This document shows, in pieces, positions 1 to 7,517 of a stretch of 26,675 nucleotides of DNA (position 1 is its first letter; each line of letters starts with the position of its first letter). A program made the position numbers and the translations under genes. The DNA lies in IMG/VR virus record IMGVR_UViG_3300002307_000196, positions 1 to 26,675 of that record, one strand, 5' to 3'. This DNA is from a virus. Taxonomy: Duplodnaviria; Caudoviricetes. The notes beneath the pieces were generated by a model. It had not been told where the DNA came from. It did no database searches and saw only the letters and a list, made by a program, of their open reading frames with translations.

Positions 1-121
1 CGCCAGCACTGGCTACCAGGGCGCCGCTTTCAGCACTGGCGACTATGGCGCCGCTTCCAGCACTGGCGACTGTGGCGCCGCTTTCAGCACTGGCACCCGG
101 GGCGCCGCTTCCAGCACTGGG
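1..121 (+). repeat. 27-bp coding tandem repeat, about 4.5 copies visible
   Basis: Constant ggcgccgctt(t/c)cagcactgg(c/g) alternates with a variable 6-mer (taccag, gactat, gactgt, acccgg, cagcat). Confidence 0.9.
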
Positions 122-373
122 CAGCATGCCGTGGCGATGGCTTGCGGAGTTGAAGGCCGGGCCATGGCGAACGCCACAGGCGCAATCGTGCTGGGGCACC
201 GCAACGCTGATGGGGAAATCGTCCACATCCGCGCCAGCAAGGTCGGCGACAACGGCATCCAACCCGGCGTCTATTACACGCTGGATGCGTCCGGCGAATT
301 CGTTGAAGCCCCGGCTACCGAAGGGAGCGTTGAAGCCCCGGCTACCGAAGGGAGCGCTGAGCAATGGCACTGA
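2..373 (+). CDS. Phage repeat-containing protein, 5'-truncated (9-aa GAA[S/F]STGxx repeats)
   Basis: Frame open from base 2: ASTGYQGAAFSTGDYGAASSTGDCGAAFSTGTRGAASSTGQHAVAMACG...HIRASKVGDNGIQPGVYYTLDASGEFVE. The C-terminus resembles a common phage repeat-protein family. Confidence 0.8.
   Translation, partial: ASTGYQGAAFSTGDYGAASSTGDCGAAFSTGTRGAASSTGQHAVAMACGVEGRAMANATGAIVLGHRNADGEIVHIRASKVGDNGIQPGVYYTLDASGEFVEAPATEGSVEAPATEGSAEQWH
301..354 (+). repeat. Perfect 27-bp tandem duplication
   Basis: cgttgaagccccggctaccgaagggag at 301-327 and 328-354, encoding VEAPATEGS twice. Confidence 0.95.
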
Positions 374-621
374 TCGTAATCACCATTAAAGACCAGCCCG
401 ATGGCAGCGTGTCGGTGCAGCTGCAGGACGAACCGTCTTGCGCTCCCGACCAAACGGAGTTCAGCCCGGCCCAGCATGTGGGGGCCACTGCGCTGAACGC
501 GATCCACCATTCGCTTCAGGCGGTGGGCAAAAACACCATCGACCTGAGCGCAGCGCCATCGGCCCAGCCACCCCACAAGAAAAAGCTAACGCTGGTGGGC
601 GCTGACGAAATGCCGCTGTAG
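364..621 (+). CDS. Hypothetical phage protein (85 aa)
   Basis: ATG overlaps the end of the upstream gene, GGAG lies upstream, and a terminator-like hairpin follows. Confidence 0.75.
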   Translation: MALIVITIKDQPDGSVSVQLQDEPSCAPDQTEFSPAQHVGATALNAIHHSLQAVGKNTIDLSAAPSAQPPHKKKLTLVGADEMPL

Positions 622-627
622 CTATGC

Positions 628-653
628 CGTCCTGGCTTCGGCCAGGGCGTTTT
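628..653 (+). terminator. Rho-independent terminator-like hairpin
   Basis: cgtcctggc-TTCG-gccagggcg followed by tttt (C(UUCG)G loop, short U tract). Confidence 0.65.
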
Positions 654-722
654 GATGAAGGTTCACCAATAGCAAGTCGGGCCATCCAGCCCCTACCCCG
701 CACTGATCAAAGCGAGAACCAA

Positions 723-1796
723 ATGACTACACCTCTATTTGTTGATACCGAAACCTACTGCGTGACACCCATCGCAAACGGTCTGCACCGCTACGCCGAA
801 GACGTTGAAGTGATCATGTGGCAGTGGGCCGTGGGCGATGGCCCGGTGCATGTGGCCGATGCTGATGAGGATCTAACCGACCTCATGGCGCTGATCGACG
901 ACCCTCAATACGAGATCGTGCTCCACAACAGTGCGTTTGATCGCACCGTGATTCGCCATGCCTGCCGTGGCCACGTCGTGATCCCTATCGAACGCACCTT
1001 TGACACGATGGTGTGTGCGATGGCGCACAGCCTGCCAGGTGGCCTTGGCCAGCTCTGCGAAATCTTGGGTGTGCCCACTGATAGCGCCAAGGACAAAGAG
1101 GGCAAGACCTGGATCAATCTGTTTTGCAAACCGCAGCCCAAGGGAAGGAAATTGCACCGTGCAACCAAACATACCCACCCCGTGGAATGGCAGCGTTTTC
1201 GAGATTATGGAAAGCTCGACATCATCGCCATACGTGAAGTATTCAACCGCCTGCCCCGATGGAATTACCGTGGTGGTGAGCGTGAACTGTGGGCGCTTGA
1301 CCAGAGAATCAACGACCGAGGCATGTGCATGGACGTTGATCTCGCTGTTGCAGCAATCCGGGCGGCGACCCGAGCGCAGGACGCGTACGCAGCAGAGACT
1401 TTTGAACGCACTGATGGAGCTGTTGCCAGCACCAACCAACGCGACAAGCTCATTGAACACATTCTTGCAGCCTATGGAGTAAGTCTGCCCGACATGACGA
1501 CCAGTACGCTGGAGCGTCGTATCGATGATCCTGATCTGCCATTGCCATTGCGCGAGCTGCTGGCCATCCGGCTGCAGGCTTCCAAGTCTTCCACCAGCAA
1601 ATACAAGCGTGTGATCAATGGCGTCTCGCGCGACGGTCGGCTGCGCGGGACCAAGCAATTTTGTGGTGCCTTGCGCACCGGGCGCTGGGCGGGCCGGGTG
1701 TTTCAGCCCGACAACATGCCGCGCCCTTCCCTTCCAAAAGACGCTATTGAGCGCGGTATCGCTGCGCTCAAGGCCGATGCGGAGGATTTGGTGTGA
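723..1796 (+). CDS. DNA polymerase family A, N-terminal part (3'-5' exonuclease, thumb, motif 2)
   Basis: ExoI DTET, ExoII HNSAFDR, ExoIII YGKLD and motif 2 TGRWAGRVFQPDNMPR. ATG 723 is preferred over 624 because 624-722 spans the terminator hairpin. Ends ADAEDLV*. Confidence 0.92.
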   Translation: MTTPLFVDTETYCVTPIANGLHRYAEDVEVIMWQWAVGDGPVHVADADEDLTDLMALIDDPQYEIVLHNSAFDRTVIRHACRGHVVIPIERTFDTMVCAMAHSLPGGLGQLCEILGVPTDSAKDKEGKTWINLFCKPQPKGRKLHRATKHTHPVEWQRFRDYGKLDIIAIREVFNRLPRWNYRGGERELWALDQRINDRGMCMDVDLAVAAIRAATRAQDAYAAETFERTDGAVASTNQRDKLIEHILAAYGVSLPDMTTSTLERRIDDPDLPLPLRELLAIRLQASKSSTSKYKRVINGVSRDGRLRGTKQFCGALRTGRWAGRVFQPDNMPRPSLPKDAIERGIAALKADAEDLV

Positions 1797-2359
1797 GGGC
1801 CGCAGTTCTATTTGCCCGAACCGACAGCCACTACAAGGCTATGGATGGCGTCGATGTGTACGACATCGACCGCGATGCGCGCACATGGCCAGGGGGCTTG
1901 CCCTTGGTCGCGCACCCTCCTTGCCGAGCATGGGGGCGCCTTCGCCAATTTGCCAAACCGCGTCACGATGAAAGGGAACTGGCGATTCTGGCAGTGAAGC
2001 ACGTGCGCGAGTTCGGTGGCGTGCTGGAACATCCCGCATGCTCCACGTTGTGGCGACACCAGGGCCTTCCCATTCCCGGCGCCAGCAGTGACGCGTTTGG
2101 CGGCTTCACCGTTGAAGTAGAGCAGTTCCACTGGGGACACAAGGCGCAAAAGAAAACGTGGCTCTATATCGTCGGCCTGCTGCCAAGTGAGCTGCCACCG
2201 ATACCGATGCGCATTGGCCAACCCACCCACTGCATCACATCCACCAAGGCGTACCTGCGCTTGCCCACCGTAACGAAGAGAGAGAGAGAGATTACTCCCC
2301 CTCAATTCGCAGAGTGGCTTGTGCGCGTTGCTTCCAGTTCTATGAAGGGCCTTGTATGA
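1793..2359 (+). CDS. Divergent DNA cytosine-C5 methyltransferase-like protein inserted within the polymerase gene
   Basis: VAHPPC (motif IV-like), GGVLEHP (motif VI-like), [15 protein letters not shown] (motif VIII position) and a C-terminal [14 protein letters not shown] at 1781-1785 precedes the GTG. GTGA and ATGA overlaps with the two polymerase halves. Confidence 0.75.
   Translation: MRAAVLFARTDSHYKAMDGVDVYDIDRDARTWPGGLPLVAHPPCRAWGRLRQFAKPRHDERELAILAVKHVREFGGVLEHPACSTLWRHQGLPIPGASSDAFGGFTVEVEQFHWGHKAQKKTWLYIVGLLPSELPPIPMRIGQPTHCITSTKAYLRLPTVTKREREITPPQFAEWLVRVASSSMKGLV
2277..2291 (+). repeat. (AG)7A simple sequence repeat inside the MTase-like gene
   Basis: agagagagagagaga read directly; encodes K-R-E-R-E. 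Confidence 0.9.
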
Positions 2360-3345
2360 GTACCGTCATGGAACTCTGCTCCAGCGCCATCCGTGGCGTG
2401 ATCGTGGCCCCACCAGGTAAGAAACTGGTGGTGGCCGACTTGTCCAATATCGAAGGCCGCATGCTGGCATGGCTGGCCGGTGAAGAATGGAAGCTGCAGG
2501 CGTTCCGCGACTTCGACGCGGGTAACGGCGCGGATCTATACAAGCTGGCCTATGCCAAGGCGTTCGACGTGGACCCGGCCACCGTCGACAAAGAGCAGCG
2601 CCAGATCGGCAAGGTCATGGAACTGATGCTGGGCTACCAGGGTGGCGTCGGCGCGTTCCTGACCGGCGCGGCCAATTATGGTTTTGACGTGGAAGACCTG
2701 GGCGTGCGCGCGCTGCCCACTATTCCTGCCGATGTTCTGGAAGAGGCCTGCGAATTCCTGTCATGGATGCGTGAACAAAAGCGCAACACCTATGGGCTAT
2801 CAGACAACGCCTTCCAGGTGTGCGACTCGCTCAAGCGCATGTGGCGCCGCGCCCACCCTGCTACCAGCACCTGGTGGCCCGAGCTGGAGCGCACCTGCGT
2901 TCAGGCTGTGCAGTTCCCCGGCGAGACGCTCACCTGCCGCCGCCACAAGATTCGGCGCGACGGTGCATGGCTGCGCATCCTGCTGCCTTCGGGCCGCTAC
3001 CTGTGCTACCCCAGTCCGCAAGCCGAAGACGGCAAGTTGACCTATATGGGCATCGACCAGTATTCCCGACGCTGGCAGCGATTAAAGACCTACGGCGGCA
3101 AGCTGGCCGAGAACATCACCCAGGCCGCAGCCCGCGACGTGCTGGCGTCCAGCATGCGCCCCATCGAAGACGCGGGCTATGAAATTGTGCTGACCGTGCA
3201 TGACGAAATCATTGCCGAAGCACCCGACACCGAGCGGTTCACCACCGGCCACATGGCCGCGCTGATGTCCACCGTGCCCAGCTGGGCCGAGGGCTTGCCC
3301 CTGGCTGCAGCCGGGTTTGAAGATTACCGATACAGGAAGGATTGA
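2356..3345 (+). CDS. DNA polymerase family A, C-terminal catalytic part (motifs A, B, C)
   Basis: Motif [10 protein letters not shown], motif [17 protein letters not shown], motif C LTVHDEII and C-terminal [23 protein letters not shown] 2356 overlaps the MTase-like stop, with GAAGGG upstream. Confidence 0.93.
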   Translation: MSTVMELCSSAIRGVIVAPPGKKLVVADLSNIEGRMLAWLAGEEWKLQAFRDFDAGNGADLYKLAYAKAFDVDPATVDKEQRQIGKVMELMLGYQGGVGAFLTGAANYGFDVEDLGVRALPTIPADVLEEACEFLSWMREQKRNTYGLSDNAFQVCDSLKRMWRRAHPATSTWWPELERTCVQAVQFPGETLTCRRHKIRRDGAWLRILLPSGRYLCYPSPQAEDGKLTYMGIDQYSRRWQRLKTYGGKLAENITQAAARDVLASSMRPIEDAGYEIVLTVHDEIIAEAPDTERFTTGHMAALMSTVPSWAEGLPLAAAGFEDYRYRKD

Positions 3346-3346
3346 A

Positions 3347-3685
3347 ATGCTTGAACGTGATGTCGAGGCGCACCTGGTCAAGCGCTGCAAGGAGATCGAT
3401 GCGCTGTGTGACAAGTTCACCAGCCCGTCGCGCCGCAACGTGCCCGACCGACTGCTGACCTATTTCCGCATGGTCATATTCGTGGAGCTGAAGGCCACCA
3501 ACAAGAAGCCCAACGCTGCACAGCAACGCGACCATCAACGGCGTATCGACGCGGGCGCCTGCGTGGTGTGGACCGACAGCCTCGAAGGCGTGGACGTGAT
3601 CATCAGTTGCCTGCGCTCCCGCAAGCCGATCCCTTACCTCGCCGCGGTTGACGCCGGTGGCGCACCCTACAAGGTGAAGGTGTGA
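3347..3685 (+). CDS. VRR-NUC domain nuclease
   Basis: MLERDVE...VPDRL...FVELKA...QQRDHQR, a PD-(D/E)xK pattern. AGGAAGG RBS before ATG 3347. Typical position between polymerase and helicase. Confidence 0.88.
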   Translation: MLERDVEAHLVKRCKEIDALCDKFTSPSRRNVPDRLLTYFRMVIFVELKATNKKPNAAQQRDHQRRIDAGACVVWTDSLEGVDVIISCLRSRKPIPYLAAVDAGGAPYKVKV

Positions 3686-3882
3686 TGGCTCAAAACTTCA
3701 GACTCTTAGCTACGTCGCCGACCCTGGAAGGATTGCGGCAATGTATCGCCAATTTCTGGTGCTGCGATGCCCGAGACATCGCCGTTGTGGACTGTTCAGT
3801 AGTCAAGGGCCTACGCCTCATGGTCGGCTTTCGGGCGATCAAAGTAGGTAAGCGTTGGCGTTTCGAAGGCGAGGTCAAGTAG
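3682..3882 (+). CDS. Hypothetical protein (about 66 aa)
   Basis: Fills the gap exactly, overlapping the upstream stop and abutting the helicase ATG. Confidence 0.65.
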   Translation: MMAQNFRLLATSPTLEGLRQCIANFWCCDARDIAVVDCSVVKGLRLMVGFRAIKVGKRWRFEGEVK

Positions 3883-5262
3883 ATGGCCATTGATTTCAAA
3901 CCCCATGGTTACCAGTCCCTAATCATCGATTTTCTGCAGGGCATTAAGCGCTGCGCGGTGTGGGCGGGCATGGGGCTGGGCAAGACTGTCAGCACCTACA
4001 CCGCACTGGAAGAGCTGGCGCTGGTGGAAGACGTGTATCCGGTGCTGATCATCGCCCCGCTGCGGGTAGCGCGAACCACCTGGCCGCAGGAAGCCCGCAA
4101 GTGGAACCACTTGAAGCACCTGCAGGTCATGCCCATCATCGGCAGCTTGCAAGAGCGCCAGGCCGCACTTCGCACCAAAGTTCAGATTTACACCACCAAC
4201 TTCGAACAGCTGCCCTGGCTGGTGGAAACGCTGGGTGAAAAGTGGCCGTTCCGCACCGTGGTGGTGGACGAAGCCACGAAGCTCAAGGGCTTCCGGCTGC
4301 GCCAAGGCACCCAGCGCGCCAAGGCCCTGGCCAGGGTCGCGCACACCCGCATCAAGCGAATCATTCTGCTGACCGGCACACCGTCGCCCAACGGGCTGCA
4401 GGATTTGTGGGGACAAATGTGGTTCGTGGATGCTGGCCAGCGGCTGGGCCGCACCTTCGATGGCTTCAAGCAACGGTGGTTTCGCATGTCGCACACCGGT
4501 TACGGCCTCGAAGGCACCGACGACGCGCAGGGCCAGATCCAGAAAGCACTGACCGATGTGTGCATCACCATCGATGCCGCCGATTGGTTCGATCTGGAAA
4601 AGCCAATCATCAACACCATCCACGTGGAGCTGCCCCCGAAGGCCGCAGTGCTTTACAAGGAAATGGAAAAGAAGATGTTCATGGAGATCGAGGGCCATGA
4701 AATCGAAGCGCTGAACGCTGCGGCCAAGACCATGAAGTGCCTGCAGATAGCCAACGGCGCGGCCTACATCGAAGGCGAATCCAAAGAGTGGAAGGTGATC
4801 CACGACGAAAAACTGGACGCCCTAGAAGAGATCGTCGAAGAGGCTGCAGGCATGCCGGTGCTGGTGATCTACAACTTCAAGTCTGACTTGGCCAGGTTGA
4901 AGGCGCGCTTTCCCGATGGCATTGACCTGGCCACCGTTAACGGTCTCAAGCGTGCGCAGAGCGGCGAAGGCACCGTGTGGTTTGGCCACCCGGCCAGCAT
5001 GGGCCACGGCGTTGACGGCCTGCAGTACCACAGCAACATCTTGGCGTTCTTCGCCCTGGACTGGAACTTAGAAAACCACCTGCAGGTGATCGAGCGTATC
5101 GGCCCGGTCCGCCAGCACCAGGCGGGTTTCCGCCGCCCGGTGTTCATGCACTTCATTCTCGCCGCCGACACGGTGGACGAGCTGGTACTGGATCGCCTGC
5201 AGTCCAAGCGATCCATTCAAGACATCTTATTGGACGCAATGAAAACGAAGGGATACCTGTGA
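3883..5262 (+). CDS. SNF2-like superfamily 2 DNA helicase
   Basis: Walker A GMGLGKT, IIAP, VVVDEAT, LLTGTP, GHGVDGLQ and QVIERIG..RQ. Confidence 0.92.
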   Translation: MAIDFKPHGYQSLIIDFLQGIKRCAVWAGMGLGKTVSTYTALEELALVEDVYPVLIIAPLRVARTTWPQEARKWNHLKHLQVMPIIGSLQERQAALRTKVQIYTTNFEQLPWLVETLGEKWPFRTVVVDEATKLKGFRLRQGTQRAKALARVAHTRIKRIILLTGTPSPNGLQDLWGQMWFVDAGQRLGRTFDGFKQRWFRMSHTGYGLEGTDDAQGQIQKALTDVCITIDAADWFDLEKPIINTIHVELPPKAAVLYKEMEKKMFMEIEGHEIEALNAAAKTMKCLQIANGAAYIEGESKEWKVIHDEKLDALEEIVEEAAGMPVLVIYNFKSDLARLKARFPDGIDLATVNGLKRAQSGEGTVWFGHPASMGHGVDGLQYHSNILAFFALDWNLENHLQVIERIGPVRQHQAGFRRPVFMHFILAADTVDELVLDRLQSKRSIQDILLDAMKTKGYL

Positions 5263-5396
5263 CGGACTTCAGTACGTGGAGCCAGGCAACATTGGCCAAG
5301 CTGGCACACGACCTTATGGAAGAAAACAAGCGCCTGCGCGAGGACAACAAGACCTTGCTGGAAGCCTGGCGCCAGCTGGTGAAAGAACGAGCATGA
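5259..5396 (+). CDS. Small coiled-coil protein (45 aa), absent from the ORF track
   Basis: GTG start overlapping the helicase stop (GTGA). MTDFSTWSQATLAKLAHDLMEENKRLREDNKTLLEAWRQLVKERA*. Its stop overlaps the next ATG. Confidence 0.7.
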   Translation: MTDFSTWSQATLAKLAHDLMEENKRLREDNKTLLEAWRQLVKERA

Positions 5397-5485
5397 AACA
5401 CCTTTGGAAAAAGATCGATGCCTGGTGCGAAAAGTACCTACGCGCGTGGAAACCGCATCAGGGAGATTGTGATGAACGACTGTAA
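5393..5485 (+). CDS. Small hypothetical protein (30 aa)
   Basis: ATGA overlap with the preceding ORF. MKHLWKKIDAWCEKYLRAWKPHQGDCDERL*. Confidence 0.55.
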   Translation: MKHLWKKIDAWCEKYLRAWKPHQGDCDERL

Positions 5486-5672
5486 ACCTAACCGCATATT
5501 GCGCTGTATCTGCCGACTTGGCACCAGTGGCTGCATGGTGCAGCACCAGGTCACTGTGCTGCCATACATGGGCAAGCCGGTGGACAAAGAGCGCAAGCAT
5601 TACAAACCCCGGACCGTATTCACCGATGGTGTGAAACGCGTCAAGGCAATCATTTTGGAAAGTGAAGAATGA
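5472..5672 (+). CDS. Hypothetical protein (66 aa)
   Basis: AGGGAG RBS upstream; its stop overlaps the next ATG. Confidence 0.55.
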   Translation: MNDCKPNRILRCICRLGTSGCMVQHQVTVLPYMGKPVDKERKHYKPRTVFTDGVKRVKAIILESEE

Positions 5673-5860
5673 CCCACATCGACAGCACCGGCAAAGTGGC
5701 CGTTGACCATTCCTATTACTGGCAACCCATCGCCAGCTGCCCGCGTGGCGTCAAGGTGCAGCTACTCGGCCAGGGTGGCGTGGCCGCATACGGGATCTGG
5801 AACGGGCGCGAAGTGTTCTGGACCCACTGGGCGCCGCTGCCAAAACTGAAAAAGGATTGA
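5669..5860 (+). CDS. DUF551-like small phage protein
   Basis: WQPIASCP...THWAPLP pattern. Confidence 0.65.
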   Translation: MTHIDSTGKVAVDHSYYWQPIASCPRGVKVQLLGQGGVAAYGIWNGREVFWTHWAPLPKLKKD

Positions 5861-5861
5861 T

Positions 5862-6089
5862 ATGACCTCAGCAGTTGTATTGCAACCCGAAGAACTCGAA
5901 CAGCTCACCGGCTACGAACAGCCGACCAAGCAGCTGTCGGTGCTGCACAAGCGCGGGTTCACTAGGGCGTTCATCGGACGGCGCGGCCTGATCCTGGAAC
6001 GTGCCCATTACGAAGCCGTGTGCCGTGGCCAGCTTGACCGGCCCGAGCCACGAAGTGCCAATCTGTCCTTTTTCGGGAGCCGGAAATAA
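5862..6089 (+). CDS. Putative excisionase/recombination directionality factor (DUF4224-like)
   Basis: LQPEELEQLTGYEQPTKQLSVL pattern. Directly upstream of the integrase and coupled to it (TAATG). AAGGA RBS. Confidence 0.7.
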   Translation: MTSAVVLQPEELEQLTGYEQPTKQLSVLHKRGFTRAFIGRRGLILERAHYEAVCRGQLDRPEPRSANLSFFGSRK

Positions 6090-7237
6090 TGACTCGCAGG
6101 CGTTATGTAGCCGATGGCTTGCCTTACCGCGTGTTCCAGCGGGTGGGCGTGCGCGTTTACAGCATCGGCTACAAGATGCCTGGCGGCGCCTGGGCGTTCA
6201 AATACAGTTGCCCGGCCATCGATGTGGCCCAGGTGGCCAAACTGCGCGCCAAGGCCATCACCGAAGCTGCGCGCATCAGCCTGATCGATGTGGACCGCCC
6301 GGCTGGGGGCTTCACGCACCTGGTCGAATCGTGGTTTGAATGGCAGGAAAACCTGCCTTTCAGTGATACCCGCAAGCGGGCCTTCAGCACCATCGCCGAA
6401 AACAAGCGCGAAGCGGTGCCGATCAAGAAGGCCTGGGGCCACCTGGAAGCCAAGGAGATTACCCGCAGCATGGGCTACGACTACCTGGACGCATGCCTTA
6501 CGGCCAGGGGCAAGAACGGCAAGCTGCGCCCACGCCCGCAAAAGGGGAACAAAGAAATCGCACTGGCTCGGCTGATTCTGGAGTTCGGTATCCGCAAGGG
6601 CGTGCTGGAAAGCAACCCATTCGACGACCTGACCAAGAACAAGACCATCGTCGAAAAGCGCCTAGTCACCCAGCAAGAGTTGGCACTGGCCGTAGAGATG
6701 GGCCGCAAGATCGGTGGACCCCAGTACATCGTGGCGCTGGCGCTGCAGACCGCCTATCTGTGCGTGCGCCGCTCTGTGGAGGTTCGCGGTATCACCAGGG
6801 ACGCGATCACCGACCAGGGTATTGTGTGGAAGGACGGCAAGGACAAGACCAAGCCCGAGATCCTGATCGAGTGGACGCCCGAGCTGCGCGCCACCATTGA
6901 CGAAGCCAAGGCCATCAAGCGCCACCACGTCGCGGGCACCATGTACCTGTTCGGGAACATGAAGGGCCAGAAGTACACCAAGGGCGGATGGAAGGCGACC
7001 CTAGACGATCTGATGCATCCGTGCGTGACCGAGGCAGCAAAGCGGGGCATGCCCTTCAAGCGCTTCAGCTTGCAGGACTGCAGGCCGATGGCGGTGACCG
7101 CCAAGCTGGATCGGGGAGACACCGACACCAAGAACGCGACCGGCCACACCAGTGACGCCATGATCCAAAAACACTACGACCGCAGGCAGAAAAAGGTGGC
7201 GACTGGTGCCCCTTCGCTGGTCAAGAACACTAGCTAA
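6089..7237 (+). CDS. int: Tyrosine recombinase (phage integrase)
   Basis: Box I YLCVRRSVEV, box II FSLQDCR...TGHTSDAMIQKHYDR. Adjacent to the tRNA-derived att core. Confidence 0.9.
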   Translation: MTRRRYVADGLPYRVFQRVGVRVYSIGYKMPGGAWAFKYSCPAIDVAQVAKLRAKAITEAARISLIDVDRPAGGFTHLVESWFEWQENLPFSDTRKRAFSTIAENKREAVPIKKAWGHLEAKEITRSMGYDYLDACLTARGKNGKLRPRPQKGNKEIALARLILEFGIRKGVLESNPFDDLTKNKTIVEKRLVTQQELALAVEMGRKIGGPQYIVALALQTAYLCVRRSVEVRGITRDAITDQGIVWKDGKDKTKPEILIEWTPELRATIDEAKAIKRHHVAGTMYLFGNMKGQKYTKGGWKATLDDLMHPCVTEAAKRGMPFKRFSLQDCRPMAVTAKLDRGDTDTKNATGHTSDAMIQKHYDRRQKKVATGAPSLVKNTS

Positions 7238-7283
7238 ACGGTGCCGGTATTCCGAAACTTATTCCAAACTTTGGAATAAGCCA

Positions 7284-7321
7284 AGAAAAAAAGGCCCTCC
7301 AATTTCTCGAAGGGCCTTCTT
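7284..7321 (-). terminator. Rho-independent terminator downstream of the tRNA 3' fragment, possibly bidirectional
   Basis: Stem AAGGCCCT (7291-7298) / AGGGCCTT (7311-7318). The A-run before it on + is a U-tract on -. Confidence 0.75.
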
Positions 7322-7333
7322 AAGTCGTTGATT
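7321..7333 (-). promoter_or_regulatory. IHF-binding consensus in attP
   Basis: Reverse complement AATCAACGACTTA matches WATCAANNNNTTR exactly and lies between the arm repeats and the core. Confidence 0.7.
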
Positions 7334-7346
7334 CACAACGATATTT

Positions 7347-7394
7347 TGGCGGAGTGGACGGGACTCGAACCCGCGACCCCCGGCGTGACAGGCC
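7347..7394 (-). other. att core: 3' part of tRNA-Asp(GTC), not a complete tRNA
   Basis: Minus strand GGCCTGTCACGCCGGGGGTCGCGGGTTCGAGTCCCGTCCACTCCGCCA contains the GTC anticodon loop, the T-arm GGTTCGAGTCC and a CCA end. No D-arm or 5' acceptor strand. Confidence 0.9.
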
Positions 7395-7517
7395 TGCGCA
7401 CGAAGCCAATGCTGGCGCGGGTTTCGGCCACTTTGCTTATTCCAAAATTCGCCGTTTTTCGGTCTTTGTTGAGAGGGGCGAAAATGGATTATTCCAAAGA
7501 AACAGTCGGAAGTAATT

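Larger units (their letters stand above)
7248..7498. promoter_or_regulatory. attP region with five TATTCC(A/G)AA arm-type repeats
   Basis: Copies at 7248-7256, 7258-7268, 7270-7280 (inverted), 7436-7446 and 7489-7498, on both sides of the core. Confidence 0.8.

Noticed and set aside
1-121. CRISPR-like array
   Set aside because: The variable parts are only 6 nt, the period is a codon multiple within an ORF, and there are no cas genes.
624-722. Longer polymerase N-terminus from ATG 624
   Set aside because: It runs through a terminator hairpin, and the exonuclease motif starts right after ATG 723.
1794-2355. Group I/II intron, intein or IS element in the polymerase
   Set aside because: The insert is entirely coding, out of frame with both halves, and lacks intein termini, endonuclease/RT/transposase motifs and terminal repeats.
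1785-2367. Ribosomal bypass between the similar junctions TTGGTGTGAG and CTTGTATGAG
   Set aside because: The matching Val codon at the right junction is not in the Pol-C frame, the gap is very long, and both downstream ORFs have their own RBS and start codon.
7347-7394. Functional tRNA-Asp gene
   Set aside because: The 5' acceptor strand and D-arm are missing, so it is an att core.
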